DNA from: Raillietiella orientalis
Taxonomy: Eukaryota
NCBI GenBank assembly: GCA_036172245.1
Contig: JAYWIR010000014.1
Coordinates: 558,001 to 622,000, forward strand
DNA: 64,000 bases
Direction of reading: 5' to 3'
The notes beneath the pieces were generated by a model. That model was not told where the DNA came from and searched no databases. It saw only the letters and a list, made by a program, of their open reading frames with translations. Position 1 is the stretch's first letter, and every line of letters begins with the position of its first letter. Shown here piece after piece: positions 38,280 through 50,056 of the stretch. A program made the translations under genes and the position numbers.

Positions 38280-38910
38280 AGGGGGTACACCGAGACCAGA
38301 CCACCTTATGAACCCAGAAAGGGCTCCGGAGAAGGGGAGTCCATTCCTCGCACGTCTGGGAGGGAACCCTCGCTCTGGTTGTCTCCTAAGGTAACACCGA
38401 AGGGGAACCTCTTCCTTATTGTCTCCGGAGAGATCCTCGGAAGGGACCGCTCCATTTTTTCTTCTCCAGAGGGACCCTCGGGAAAGGAATGGCTCCTTGT
38501 TCCTCCTCTGAAGAGAACCCCGAAAGGTCGCTTCCGAATTTTCTCTGCAGGACGCTCCCCGAGGGGAGCAGAGAGCTTCTTGCACTCTGGAGAGGTATCA
38601 AGCAGCTCTGTGGTACGAAATGGAGGGTCCCCACTGGCGGGAAGGGGGACGGGTCCTTTGCACAACCGAAGGAGTACCTCCAAGGGAACTGGACCTCTTT
38701 GATTCTGTTTCCTGGAAGGACCCTGGAGGGTCTACTCTTAATCCTGGCCACTTATCGGGGCATCCGGTTTTAACCGCCACCAGTGGGGCCGCACCCGAAT
38801 AGAGGCCAACGAGCGCCATCTTGCGGGAGGAACTCGAACCCACTACGCGCCCCCTATTCTCGGAGTCGATCCTTCCCCGAGTGGGATTCTAACACACGGT
38901 GCAACGCGCG
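38280..38910. repeat. Dispersed GC-rich repeat (copy 1)
   Basis: 38300-38630 aligns by eye with 40865-41180 (e.g. CCACC.TATGAA.CCAGAAAG; TTCCTCCTCTGAAG; GCTTCTTGCACTCTGGA.AGGTATCAA; ATGGAGGGTCC). 38720-38910 aligns with 34300-34520. Confidence 0.8.
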
Positions 38911-39347
38911 GAGGCCGCAGCCATACGGTCTCCGACGCGGTCACTTCATCTGATGGCGCTCATTCAGAGCGTGGAGACCGTATCGACCACTCTTCTCTCT
39001 TATTTCGTCTTGCTTTCGCCACTTGTAGCTAGAGGACGCAGCTCTTCGCATCAAGTGTACCACGCTGTGGTTTCGTAAATCGGAAGAGCACTGAAGACGA
39101 GCTGCAATCATCTCGCATGAGCCCCGCATGAGCGGCACGGGCTTGGGGAACGACTCGGGTCAAAGGTTGCACTCTTGTTCTTGGCCCCACGCCGCTTCGC
39201 TGAAGAGTGTCTGGACAGTGCTGATGGCAGAGCGGAGCAAGTGTCAGAGAGACGTCCTCTAAAAGGACGCAAGAAGGAACAGGAAGTTCTATTTTTTTTT
39301 TTTTCCTCTCTTCCGGGATGGCGCGAGCAGTCAGCGTCCCTACCTTA

Positions 39348-40451
39348 CGGCAGTGTCCTCCTCCGCAAGCACTTCTTGCTCTGCGAGGCTCGTCGAGTTG
39401 GTCCGGTGAAGGTGCCTTGCGAGTGTACCTCTGTCGGTCGAGGTCTCCGAGGTCGTGGAACGCGAGGGCGTGCATACGGTAGTAAACGGGATGGAGGTAC
39501 CGAATTCCGCATCGGTGGCACTCTGGAGGCAAACCGTATCTGCATGGCGGACGTTCCCCCTCTCCCAGGGTACTCAACTTGTCTTGAGGGGGTGCTTCAC
39601 ATTCTCGATCCAGTCGATCCAGTAGGAAAGCTCTTCCCCCGGCTCGATGTTGGACCTGGTCACGAAGTACAGCTTGCCGCACTCCACCACAGGAGAAAGG
39701 TTGCACAGGCGCTTGCACACTGACGGCCGCACGAAGCGCATCCAGTTGGAGACGGAGGTGTCGGACACGTCCAGGAAGTGGTCAGGTTTCCCTCGGACCT
39801 GTGGGCAAGCAACGTCTCCGAGGTCTGCCTCTACGTTCCCTTTTCCAGGTCTGTGCAACGCGGAGATGAAATGGAGGCTCTCCACCGCCGCCGTCCCCTG
39901 AGCCTGTCCGCGAAAATGGGATTACCTTCCACAAGTATCTCGTGTCCAGGGTCCTCTTCACCTCGCGCCTGCTGATCCGGCGACCGACCATGGGGCCAAG
40001 CCGCAGGTCTTTGAGGATCTTTCGCTTCGCGCAGACGGTTTCCTCGAAGGTGCTTTGGCAGACCTTCAGCGTGAGGAACTCGGGCAGCGACCTCTCAGCG
40101 AAGGGCAGCATCGGCGCCTGGAAGGGAGGATACCTGGAATGCCTGTCTGCTCCTGCCTTTTGCTGGACGTACCGGCGGTCCCGCCTCGGGCAATCCGTTT
40201 CCCCGTTTCCCTGAGCGCGTGCGAGGAGGTTGGACGAGAGCCTTGACGTCCCCCCCCTCATCTCGCAGAGGGCACGATCCGGAGACATGAACGCTCTCGC
40301 ACTGCCGGCAAGCCGTTGTTATCTTGATTGCAATCCTCTCGAAGCGCCGGCGTTCGGGAAGACCAGGGAAGGGCAACCCCTTGGTGCAGCTGCCATATTC
40401 CTTCCTGAAACAGCCGTCGTGAGGCGCATGCGCTTTCTGTTCGCGCGTCAT
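39348..40451 (-). CDS. PRDM-family protein: zinc knuckle + PR/SET domain + one C2H2 zinc finger (partial model)
   Basis: Exons: (40451?)-40173 with CRQCESVHVSGSCPL; 40117-39926 with AERSLPEFLTLK...LRLGPMVG...YLWK; 39798-39579 with DHFLD..SNWMRFVRP..CNL...LYFVTRSNIEPGEELSYW; 39522-39348? with CHRCGIRYLHPVYYRMHALAFH (C-x2-C-x12-H-x4-H, 39520-39455). GT-AG introns of 55, 127 and 56 nt restore the frame. The start codon and 3' continuation are uncertain. Confidence 0.85.
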
Positions 40452-40814
40452 CGGGATCGACGCGCCGCCCTGATTTCCCGCGGTTCGCTGCCCAGGACGT
40501 GCCCATAGACTGCTCCAGAATCCCCACGAGAATTTCTCCTGCACCCTTCTCGCCTTCTTCCTCTAGCGAGAAGCGCGTCAGCCATGTGGGCAGCCTCAGT
40601 CTCAGGCCATGGAAAACATCGAGAGTACGGAACGTGGAGGGATGTTGCGGATGATGGAAATCCTTTTGTTCTCTTCGCTTCTTCCCTTTTTGAGGGGGGA
40701 GAAAGGGGGATTCTTTTTTTTGATTCCCTGAGTGCTGAAAAACCGTTCTCCTCCTTAGAGGAGGGAGAGGGGGAACGGGCTCAGAAAGCTCTTTAGCGCT
40801 GTCCATGCCACCTG

Positions 40815-41185
40815 AGGGGGCGTGTAACTCTTTACGAGTTGATGGGCAACTCCTATGAGAGGAACCACCCTATGAATCCAGAAAGGCTCTGGAGGAAGGG
40901 GTTCGTTCCTCTTCACTTTTGGTAGAAGGAAACCCCGAAGAGCTCCTCTTCTTATTTTCTCGGGAGGCATCCCCTGGAGAGGGACCACTCCTCGTTCCTT
41001 CTCCGGATGGAATTTGCAGAAGAAATGCTCCTGGTTTCCTCCTCTGAAGGAAACCTCTAGGGGACGCTTCCCAATTCCTCTAGAGGGCCGCTCCCCGAAA
41101 AGAGCAGCGCGCTTCTTGCACTCTGGACAGGTATCAACAGACAGGTATCATCAGCTCCATGAAACCAGATGGAGGGTCCTCTCCC
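40815..41185. repeat. Dispersed GC-rich repeat (copy 2, same orientation as 38280-38630)
   Basis: Colinear similarity with 38280-38630, plus a small internal duplication (ACAGGTATCA x2). Confidence 0.8.
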
Positions 41186-42299
41186 ACCAAGGAAGACCAC
41201 ACGTCGGTGGCCGCAGCCTCACGGCCTCCAAAGCGGACCCGTGGGGTGCTTCAGAGGTAAAAAGACGCCACCGCTTTGTCCCCGAGCAAAATGGCGGGAG
41301 GTCGAGACGCAGCGACGGTGGAGCTGCTTCCGAAGATGCCACGCTTTTCCCAGGGACTTCAAAATCGCGAATGGAGTCGCCCGAGGTCTCACGAGGAGCA
41401 GGAAGGAGGGGGAAGGAGAGAACACGCTGACCACGTTTCGTCCTTATTCACAAAGATTCGGCTCTACCATTCTCGATTGCCAGGTGGAGATGTCCCCTGA
41501 CTGTCTTCAGGACTTGCGACCCCATGGTGCATCACATCAAACTACAGCTGATAGTGCCCCACGGGTTTATGGTGCTCGGGCGTCCCAATTGAACATGCAG
41601 ACTCCCACTGAATCTCTGCGAATGCCTTCGGTCGGACCTTCCGAGGATAAAAAAGCTCCGGGATAGCAGCCATAACCTCCGTCCCCCTTTTCCTGGAACC
41701 GGAGCCGCCCAGCCGCCCAGCCTACAGGGGCACCACTAACAACCACCCCTTTCTCTCTCTCTCTCTCTTTTTGGCATGTCTTTCAAGTTCGAACCGAGTC
41801 TTTTCGGACGTATGCAATGGACACCGCAAGAAATCGAATCATCCCCAGAGTTCTTTCCGACATGAAGCGATTATCATTCGTCCATCTTGAAGTTCAGATG
41901 CTACGAGAGTCAGCCGCAGCCTTCCATCAGCAAGTACTGATGAAAGCTCCGCTTCTATTTTTCAGCTTTTTTCAGCTTGGCAGCTTCTCGCGTAGGGTCA
42001 TGACCGCGTAAAGAATTTCGTCATCCTGCAGGCAGATTCTCAATTCGACCCGCAGACTCCCACTGGCGATTTTTCTTTCCTATCTCTCATTCAGTCGCTT
42101 GTTTCTCAGGTGAGCGTGTGCAATGTGCACGGCTCGACACGTCACATGCCGGTCGCATCGCTCGCAAGTGTCATCGTCATTCAGCTGTTGAGATTGCACT
42201 CTCCTCGCCACGCTTTCTCTGTGAACGCGTGTCAGCATCCGATTGTTTTCAGTGACCAGCATCCAACTCTAGTCTGCCGAACCATCTTATCGGTGAAAT

Positions 42300-43560
42300 C
42301 TTGAGACCTTAAGCATCAGTGTCCCTGAAATCTCTCGAACACTGTTCTTTTCCACGGTTCCCTTGTTCTATTGTGAAGAGCCAATTGTTTGATACTCTCT
42401 CTGCGAAGAGGAGCGTCAGATAACTGCTGTTTCAGACAACAATCCATAGCTTTAGGAGAAGAAGCAGCTGGAGATAATGTGCAAGTCCCATAATTTCGTG
42501 GAAGACCTAAAAGCTGGTTCAGGAAGCGAAATGCAAGATCGCTGACTGATGTGAGGAGTTCCATTTGTCTCGGAATCTGTTAAGTTCGGTACCATTCCGG
42601 AACTCCTGCCTCCGACATGGCTGGATTCGATGAACGCAGAGTGGATGCCATCTATGGTACGCCGAAAAACGCTTCGGAAAGGATCGATACAGTTCAGCAT
42701 CCTCTCATCGAATGAAATGCTGTGATTTTACTGTAGCCAGAAAACTCATTTTGAAGCTGCGAGATTGAACGTCTTGTCGCCACGCAGCAGAACTCCCATA
42801 ATCCGTATTTCGTGATAAAAAAAAAAAAAATTACGCTCCTGTTTTTAAGGTGCTCTTGTGGAATTTCGAGTTGTGAATGAAACATCTGACGTGGGAGCCA
42901 CGCCGCTTTTAGTACCGCAATGACTCGGATCATTTAATCGATCTTCCAAGTGGAGGGCTGGTTGTTCCAGGAAAGAAAGTTCCCGACGCATTCGAAGCTC
43001 GCCTTCGCTGCGCGTTTGAAAAGGGGATATCAGAGCAACAGCTTTTGGATGTAGGAGCAGGGCATCTGTAGTAGGGTCTTCGTGAAATCGCTCGGTAACA
43101 TGGTAAACACCGACCAGGAAGCTTTCTGCTTTTCTGGCAGTCGATGATGGAAGAGGAGGCCTTGAACCAGGAGCCCCTAAGCGGAGTTGAACTTTCGACG
43201 GCGTTCGATCGCTCTGTGTTGGCCATCGCAATGCATCTCACAACAGGCGAAGAGACTGGGTTTTCAAACAGTGAAATGCAGTGCAAAACAAGATGAAGAG
43301 GGGATTGTGTAATCAGAAAAACTGTCTGGGACGAAGCAAGCGACCGTGTCGATAAGTTCAGGACGATTGACTTACAGAAACAAGCCGTCGGGTGAGTTTC
43401 GTGCGTTTCGCCGCAGAACCAGACTTGAGGCGGGTTTTATGTGACCCCATCCTCGCTGGCATTTGCAAACGAGAAGTCGATTGGAAATCCGAACTCCTTG
43501 CAAGCGTCGGTGAGTCCCATTTTTAAAATGATGCGGCACGGCATGCGATTTCATAAACTC
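42300..43560 (-). mobile_element. Decayed LINE RT relic
   Basis: Remnants occur in the expected order: 'LRRNARNSPDGL' (K.PGPDG), 'SDFTKT...IQKLL' (DFxKAFD...KL), 'FLNQLLGLPRN' (thumb). Confidence 0.5.
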
Positions 43561-44299
43561 CGCTTTCTGATACTACAAGCCCTTGAATACATATTTCAAG
43601 TGATAGAAGAACGTCTATCCGATCCAACATGGCTTCGTCGATTCCAAGTATTTCGATGAGTATGCACTGTTTAATTCGTAGCACCGTGGTGCCCGTAAAC
43701 CAACGCCCCCATACTATGAACAAGTTTAGGGGGAAATGAGTCTCATTTTTCTTTAAAAAAAAGTCTCCTCCGTTGGGTGGTCCATTTTTGATGGTAGCTT
43801 CAGAGGCATTGAAAGATTGAGCAAACTTGATTTGGTAACCACATTTATGTATCCAAATCTTCGAGAAAGCAAAAGGCATCTCTCTCCCTGCCATTTGTTA
43901 TGTAAAAAAGAATAAGCCGAAACAAATACGCCGAACTAACGCTATGGAAACCGCTTCTCGCTCATCGGAACGAATTCCTGACGGAAACTGACATTCTGGC
44001 AACGAGATAAGGTTTCATCATTTGATCCAAGTACGGTTTTGATTAGAATTGATTTCTCTGAAGTTTGACCTGGGCTATTCTTGACATCTCGAAGCAACCG
44101 ACTAAAGTTTCAGATGGATAAACTGGAGCACAAAAATAAGAGTAGTAGGCAATGGTCAGCCTGATGGTCTCGTCACCATCCACAGAAAAAGATCAGTTTT
44201 TGGGGAAAATCACTTTTTTCTCCATGCAACGTGATTTCCTTATAGTAGGGACGTGTCCAAGGATTAAATGCAATGTCAATATAAAATCAGCATATAAAG

Positions 44300-46000
44300 A
44301 AAGAGTATTTCTTAAGAAAAAAAATAGAAAAAATATTTAAGTGCTTAGGTGGCAGTACCTTATCACCTTGATTGGCAACATTAATTTCATCCTTGCTTTG
44401 TCTTCGTTTCTCCCTATCTGCCTGCATCCTTCTTTGCTCAAAGTAGACTTCTATGTACAGCTGCCTATCTAAAATCTGTAATGCCTGCTTCATATCACTT
44501 CCTGATTGGAAATCCTTGTTCGCTGCATGAAGCAGCTTCTGCCACCGTTGGGGGCACCGTTCCGTCATATTAACGGATTTCATTCCTCGGTACTTTTGAC
44601 CCGCAAGCCCACCTTGGAACTTTGGATGAGGGATGCTTAATCTCCTTGAAAACCTTGCTAAATAGCTAGGGAAAGGGAGTGTGCGTGGAGGTTGTTGGCA
44701 GACATGGCCCTCCGCTTTGTGTCGAAACCAATGACCATTGGAGTCCCTCGCACCACGCCTAGCACCATCGTTACCACGACGACAGCTTTGTGTGGTGAAT
44801 GATTTGGAAAACGCAGGCAGCTCGCCTCTCGGAGACGCCATCACTTAGGGTGGATGGATATGCAAAGGCATCCCATCACCTTGGAAAGTTCCTCTGTTTC
44901 AACAGCGTGGGAATGTATCGCCGATTTACGGCTGCTAACAGAGCCGAACTCGTGGCCACTTATGTTGGCCCTAGGAGTCTGTTCTCCGATCTCCCATCGA
45001 TGGCAACTGAGAAATGATGATTGCACCGTGCGCAGACAAGTCCCCGTTGCTAGGATGCAAGAGGTGGACGATTCTTGAGCACTTAGCGAACCAGAAATTT
45101 CTAGAATCAGATGCATACACAAATATGATCACACCGGGAGGATCGCATTGGATTGGTGGAGGGCCGTCGCGATCTGTGCGTCGTCCAGGGCAGCCCTACG
45201 AGACGGACAGAGCAGGAAGAGTGGGCTCTTCGGCAACTTCATGCCTCGCGATGACCAGCATCCTTTGTGGAATCCCAAAACATCCATGCATCACCCCACA
45301 GCTGTCCTGAGGAAACCTTCTAATAAGTGTTGCATTGAAAATCATGTCCATTTTCATTGATTCCCACTTTTCAGGGAGGGAGGCTGTTACTCAGCCTCCC
45401 TCACCTCTTCCCCCAGTTCTCTCTGAGAGTGCTTCAGATCTCCAACCATCCTTGATCCATGTTTCCACGACACTGTTTTTAGCTTCGTGTTTCCGCACCA
45501 ATCGGAGTCATTTCTTGACTGAAAAAATTGTCCAACCAGAGAAGTCAGTAGCTCATGATGAGCAAATTCACATCCAGGTGTCCACGTTGTATTTTTCACA
45601 AAATGCCAGATATCATGGTAACAAGAGTTACTCTGGGAAGTAGTCCCGACTTCATCCACTTCCCCATTTGCTTCCGTGCTGTGCTACATGATCATAACCT
45701 TCATCTTGTAGATCACTATTCTGTTTCACTACTCTCAGCCTTTGAAGTCCGCTCGGCTCTGCATTTGCAATTGTTCAAATGGACCTTTTTGTTCTTTTCC
45801 AGTTGATCGCGTCTTTCCCATTCCCTTTCTTAGATGCATCAAGGGGGTAGGGGGATCCAAGATGCAGACTGAAGCGATCGAAAATACCCGGAAAGTGTAC
45901 GTGGAAGTCACCTAGACAAACGTCAAATACATCAGCACACACACTCCAGTCTGTGATGTACAAGAAACACCCGTTCGTTCTGTGCACTTATGATTTGCAA
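44300..46000 (-). mobile_element. Decayed APE-type LINE (endonuclease + RT relic)
   Basis: 'VCLGDFHV' (APE GDFN) ~45910, 'VS*GCP' (GVRQGCP) ~45195, 'PKFQGGL' (PK..GGLG) ~44615. Confidence 0.5.
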
Positions 46001-46213
46001 TAGCAAAAGAACGCAAAGCATTCCTCATGAATCAATGGATTTATCTATGGACCGAATTGCATCCTTTCCATTGCGAAAAAAAATCTGGGCTCCGCAAAAG
46101 GTTAACGCGACTTCTGAAGTTCTACAAGTTTTGCAGATTCCCCAATCAGTGCCTCCTTCGAAGCACGGTCGACGTGTGTGCATGGAAGGCGCAGATGTGG
46201 AAATCCTGCAGTC

Positions 46214-46251
46214 ATCGCTTCTCGACCTTTTGTCTAAGATCAAAGTGCAGT
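46214..46251 (+). pseudogene. U2: 5' fragment of U2 snRNA (nt 1 to about 38), tailless retrocopy
   Basis: ATCGCTTCTCGACCTTTTGTCTAAGATCAAAGTGCAGT versus the metazoan U2 start ATCGCTTCTCGGCCTTTTGGCTAAGATCAAAGTGTAGT (3 mismatches). Flanked by the direct repeat TGCAGTCA (46207-46214, 46246-46253). Confidence 0.9.
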
Positions 46252-47584
46252 CACAAACATCACCATCATTCATCGGATACTCAGTGCGATGTCTGCAAGG
46301 ACTGATCTTCCTTATCGTAGATCTCTCCATGTTTGGATGCTTTCCCTGAATCTCGTAATGGAAAGATTGACATCGAAGAGAAACGCTGAAATTTCGAATG
46401 GGGAGTCAAGGTGCTTCAGTTAGGAAGTTTCAAGAAACCGGAATCTTCGAAAATGTGCAGGAATATAAAATGCCTTTTAGACAAATGCCTTCATGCTCTT
46501 CACTTGCTATTGCAAATTTGATTTTCAATAGAAAGTCTAGAAATACTGGGGTTTCACATCGTTGGTATGCATGTTGTGCTCTATCTAAGAGATCCCTGAG
46601 ACAAAATCTACTTGAATGGGCAATTTCCAAAACTTCAAATTTCATTTTATATTTCATGATAGATTTGTCTGTCTGCAGCCATGTTCATTGAAGGAAACAC
46701 TTGAATGTCCTTGAAAGGAGTATTCTTAATCGAGTTGTAGTTGCTTGGATACTTCTGTTCTTTAGAATAGGGTTGAGTTTTCACTCTTAAGAATTTGATC
46801 CGTTCATTTTTGTCAGATGCCAACCATAATAGTTCGTTATTCACGATAGCAGATTATTCGTGGTTACCAGTATAAATGAAGGAAAAGTATTAGTTATACA
46901 GGCTCAGAAACACAAACATGGCAAATGCAATTTTACTAAGAAATACAAAAATGTTCACAAAGAAAACATTTCATAACAGTACTTCTCTCGTTACTGACAA
47001 ATCTTATTCAAGGCATTCTGCTTGAAACAGACGTTGTGACCTCTGAAATTTCCCTTCAGTATTATCTGGTAAAAGAGCTTTGTCTGAACCTGAAAAAGTG
47101 AAGTCTGGTGTGGACAGGCACTCGTACAGCAGAAGAGACTATTTACAATGATGTTACGTAAACAATTTCATGGAAAATTATTTTCTCAATGTCGCGAAAA
47201 GTTCTCGTACTTCATTGGAAATTCTCTTACACTTGGTTTAAAATCGTTCGACTTTGAAATGCTTCACTTGATTCTCTAAAGCTTAGTAAATTAAGCTGTG
47301 CAAGATACTGTGAATAATTAGCGAATAAACAGAAATAGTTTACAAAATGTTGAATGTATGTGCCATAACAAGCATATCAGCTTTTAAACCAATATGCTTA
47401 AAGGAAATCCCAATTTGTCCAAAGTATTCAAAAAATTCTCTGAAGATATGTGGTGAAGGTATGTGGAAAAGGAAGTTGGAAAAGTATTTATTAACATTCT
47501 AAATTGTATTATATGAATATCTATAACACAGTAGTTGATGCATCATTGTGTATATTAAGATCCTTACTATATGATTAAAACATT

Positions 47585-48213
47585 CTAGTATCCAATATTT
47601 GTTTTTAGGTTAGCTTTTCTTTCATCATTTTTGGATAGTGTCTTGCGTATTCGCTTCTTCATCGAATGCGACTGGTACCTGGAGACATTTATTTTTGCAA
47701 AAAATCATGCGAGAAATGAAATTGTTCCTTGACAGATCTTAAAAGAATCTACTAATGGAACATAAGACTTTGCAACAGCACAGGTCTGTGCACAAATCCT
47801 TACTGAATACTTTCATAATTGCTCAACGCGTTTCTATCAGAAAACACCCTCGAAAGCTTTCGTTTAAGACTTCGAGTTGCGGATATTTTGACATACTGTG
47901 TGAACTTGGTGGACGATTTTGTATCACTCGCTATGCTAAACCAAAACTCACAACAAAGTGACTCATAAACATTACACCGCTCAAATAAAACAAAAGGTAA
48001 GTCTCTGGGAAAAAAATCGATGGCCAACCTGTAGTGATTCTGAGCGAGATCGAGGAGCCAATTCAGAAATTCGTCATCTTCATTCAGATGAAAAGTCCGT
48101 TTGAGGTAATCCCATCTAATAGTGGATGCACGTCCAATGCGCACCGTTCTGGTGGCATCGTTAGGAGAGCATGGTAATTCCCGCGATGCTGTGTTTTCCT
48201 TCCTTTGTTTCAT
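47585..48213 (-). CDS. Small basic nuclear-type protein (about 136 aa), 3 coding exons
   Basis: Exons 48213-48029, 47935-47804 and 47678-47585 are joined by phase-2 GT-AG introns into an open frame: MKQRKENT...TVRIGRASTIRWDYLKRTFHLNEDDEFLNWLLDLAQNHY...KKRIRKT...NIGY*. An acceptor at 48232 suggests an upstream exon. Confidence 0.6.
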
Positions 48214-49990
48214 GAAAGTCACACGCACATCCTAAGAGAATTGTCATGAATGCAACACTACACTTCAAGTGGTACAACAATATTTTTTTCCCCAGTTTTC
48301 CTTATTGATCCAGATCAAAATGATTGAATCTTCGATCAATGCGCAGTAAACATACATATGCTAGATTTACGTCGCTGCTAACTTCACTGATTATTCAGAA
48401 TGAACCACACTGTCGAGTAGTGCAGATGTTCCTGTGCTCTTCAGAAAAGTAAAGTCAGTAGCTTGCATGTGCGAAAGCAGCGGGTTGTTTACTATTCGTG
48501 TGCACGATGCATTGTAGAGCAACTGGTGCTAAATAGTCCGAAGGCATGTTTATCCACGTTTCTTCGGATGATTTGATTATACTGCATTTTAGTTTTCCTT
48601 TCTCCTCAACACTTTTTGGAAAGCATGTAAAAGTAAGCTTCATTTATAGACAAATACTCGTGCTTGCATTGGTTGCAGAGCAAAGCAAACAAAACAAAAA
48701 TGGGGCAATCACATCTCATTAAAGTAGGAAGGCGAGTGACTCTTGTAATTCAATATGAATTCACATTTCTGCAGTTGTCTTGGCAAACTGAAAACTAAGT
48801 TTTCACGTATGGAAAACTTGTGCAATTATCCATTTATCTATTTGTGAAAAATGAGGAAATTTCGCAGAAATAACCAGCAATAAAGAAACAATCCTCTTCC
48901 GATATCAGTTATGATACCCTTCTTCAGCCTTCAAAGTTGTCTAGGTTCTCTCATACAAAATGCGAGACAATCCTATATTGCTTATGCTGCAGATGAGTAT
49001 CATAAAAAGAACAGTGCTGTTTGAATTCACACTAATTCTTATTTTATAATCTGCTCATTAGAATTTTTTTTTCTGTTTTAAAAAGGAATGTTTCGTGCAG
49101 AAAGAGAACTCTTTTTCTCATACCTTCCCTAGACCAGGCTTCACACTTTGATCCAGACTGTGAAACAGGTTTGCTATAACATAAATGAAAGGCATCAGCA
49201 TTTATTTCACACAGATATGGATTCCATAAACTTACTTTATACAAAATCCCGTTATCAACAAGTACTGAAAATTTAATTTGTTGAACGGACTTTCGATTAG
49301 ACAGTGAAGGGATTCACTATTTAATCTTATTCCTGCTTAGTGCTATGTCGATTTCAAAACTTTCCTATAGTTATACGGGAAGGGAATTGCGCGAAATTTT
49401 CGACAATCATGTACTTTCACCCTTTAAAGAACTCAGAACGAAATGAAAAAACGAAAAAACGATAACAAGAATATTTTTTGTGCTTGAGTGTTGGATACTT
49501 TCTTCACTTCGTTACATTGATCAACGCCCAAATGCAACCAGTACGAAAGCTTGGAGCCCTATGTTTTGATTTCTTTCGTTGGATCCATTTCGCTCACTTT
49601 TCAGCAGAGGTTGTTGCGATAACTTGCAAACTTAGGTACTGGAATTGGATAATTCCTTTTTTCTCTCTCAATTTCCAGAAATGGTTTTGAGATAGCACGA
49701 TGACTACATCAGTGGACGAGGCCTAGTGTCGCATTTCATTGAAATCGTTCAGATTTATTATTTATTGAAGATTAATTACAAGATGAATGTATATGGGGGT
49801 TATATAATGGGAATTAAGTTTATTTGTAATGTATGTAATTATATGATTACGAGGGGTGTTGCCTCGTTATCGTTATGATAAACTGATATGTATGTGTTGA
49901 GGTATTTTATTGTATTGTGTATTTTATTTTTTATTATGGGGAGAGGGGATAGTAATAGTGAGAATGGGTGGATAGCATGGTGTGAGATAG

Positions 49991-50044
49991 CAAGAATTAG
50001 TTTATGAGAATATTAATTTTGGGTATTAAAGGATTATTTCTTGA
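49991..50044 (+). tRNA. trnP: Mitochondrial tRNA-Pro(TGG), T-arm lacking (NUMT copy)
   Basis: CAAGAA/TTCTTG acceptor stem and anticodon arm TTAAT-TTTGGGT-ATTAA. Only AGGATTAT lies between the anticodon arm and the acceptor 3' strand. Confidence 0.8.
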
Positions 50045-50056
50045 TGATATATTAAC

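Noticed and set aside
38082..38843. Overlapping ORFs up to 206 aa on both strands
   Set aside because: They fall in a dispersed repeat whose second copy has frame-breaking indels.
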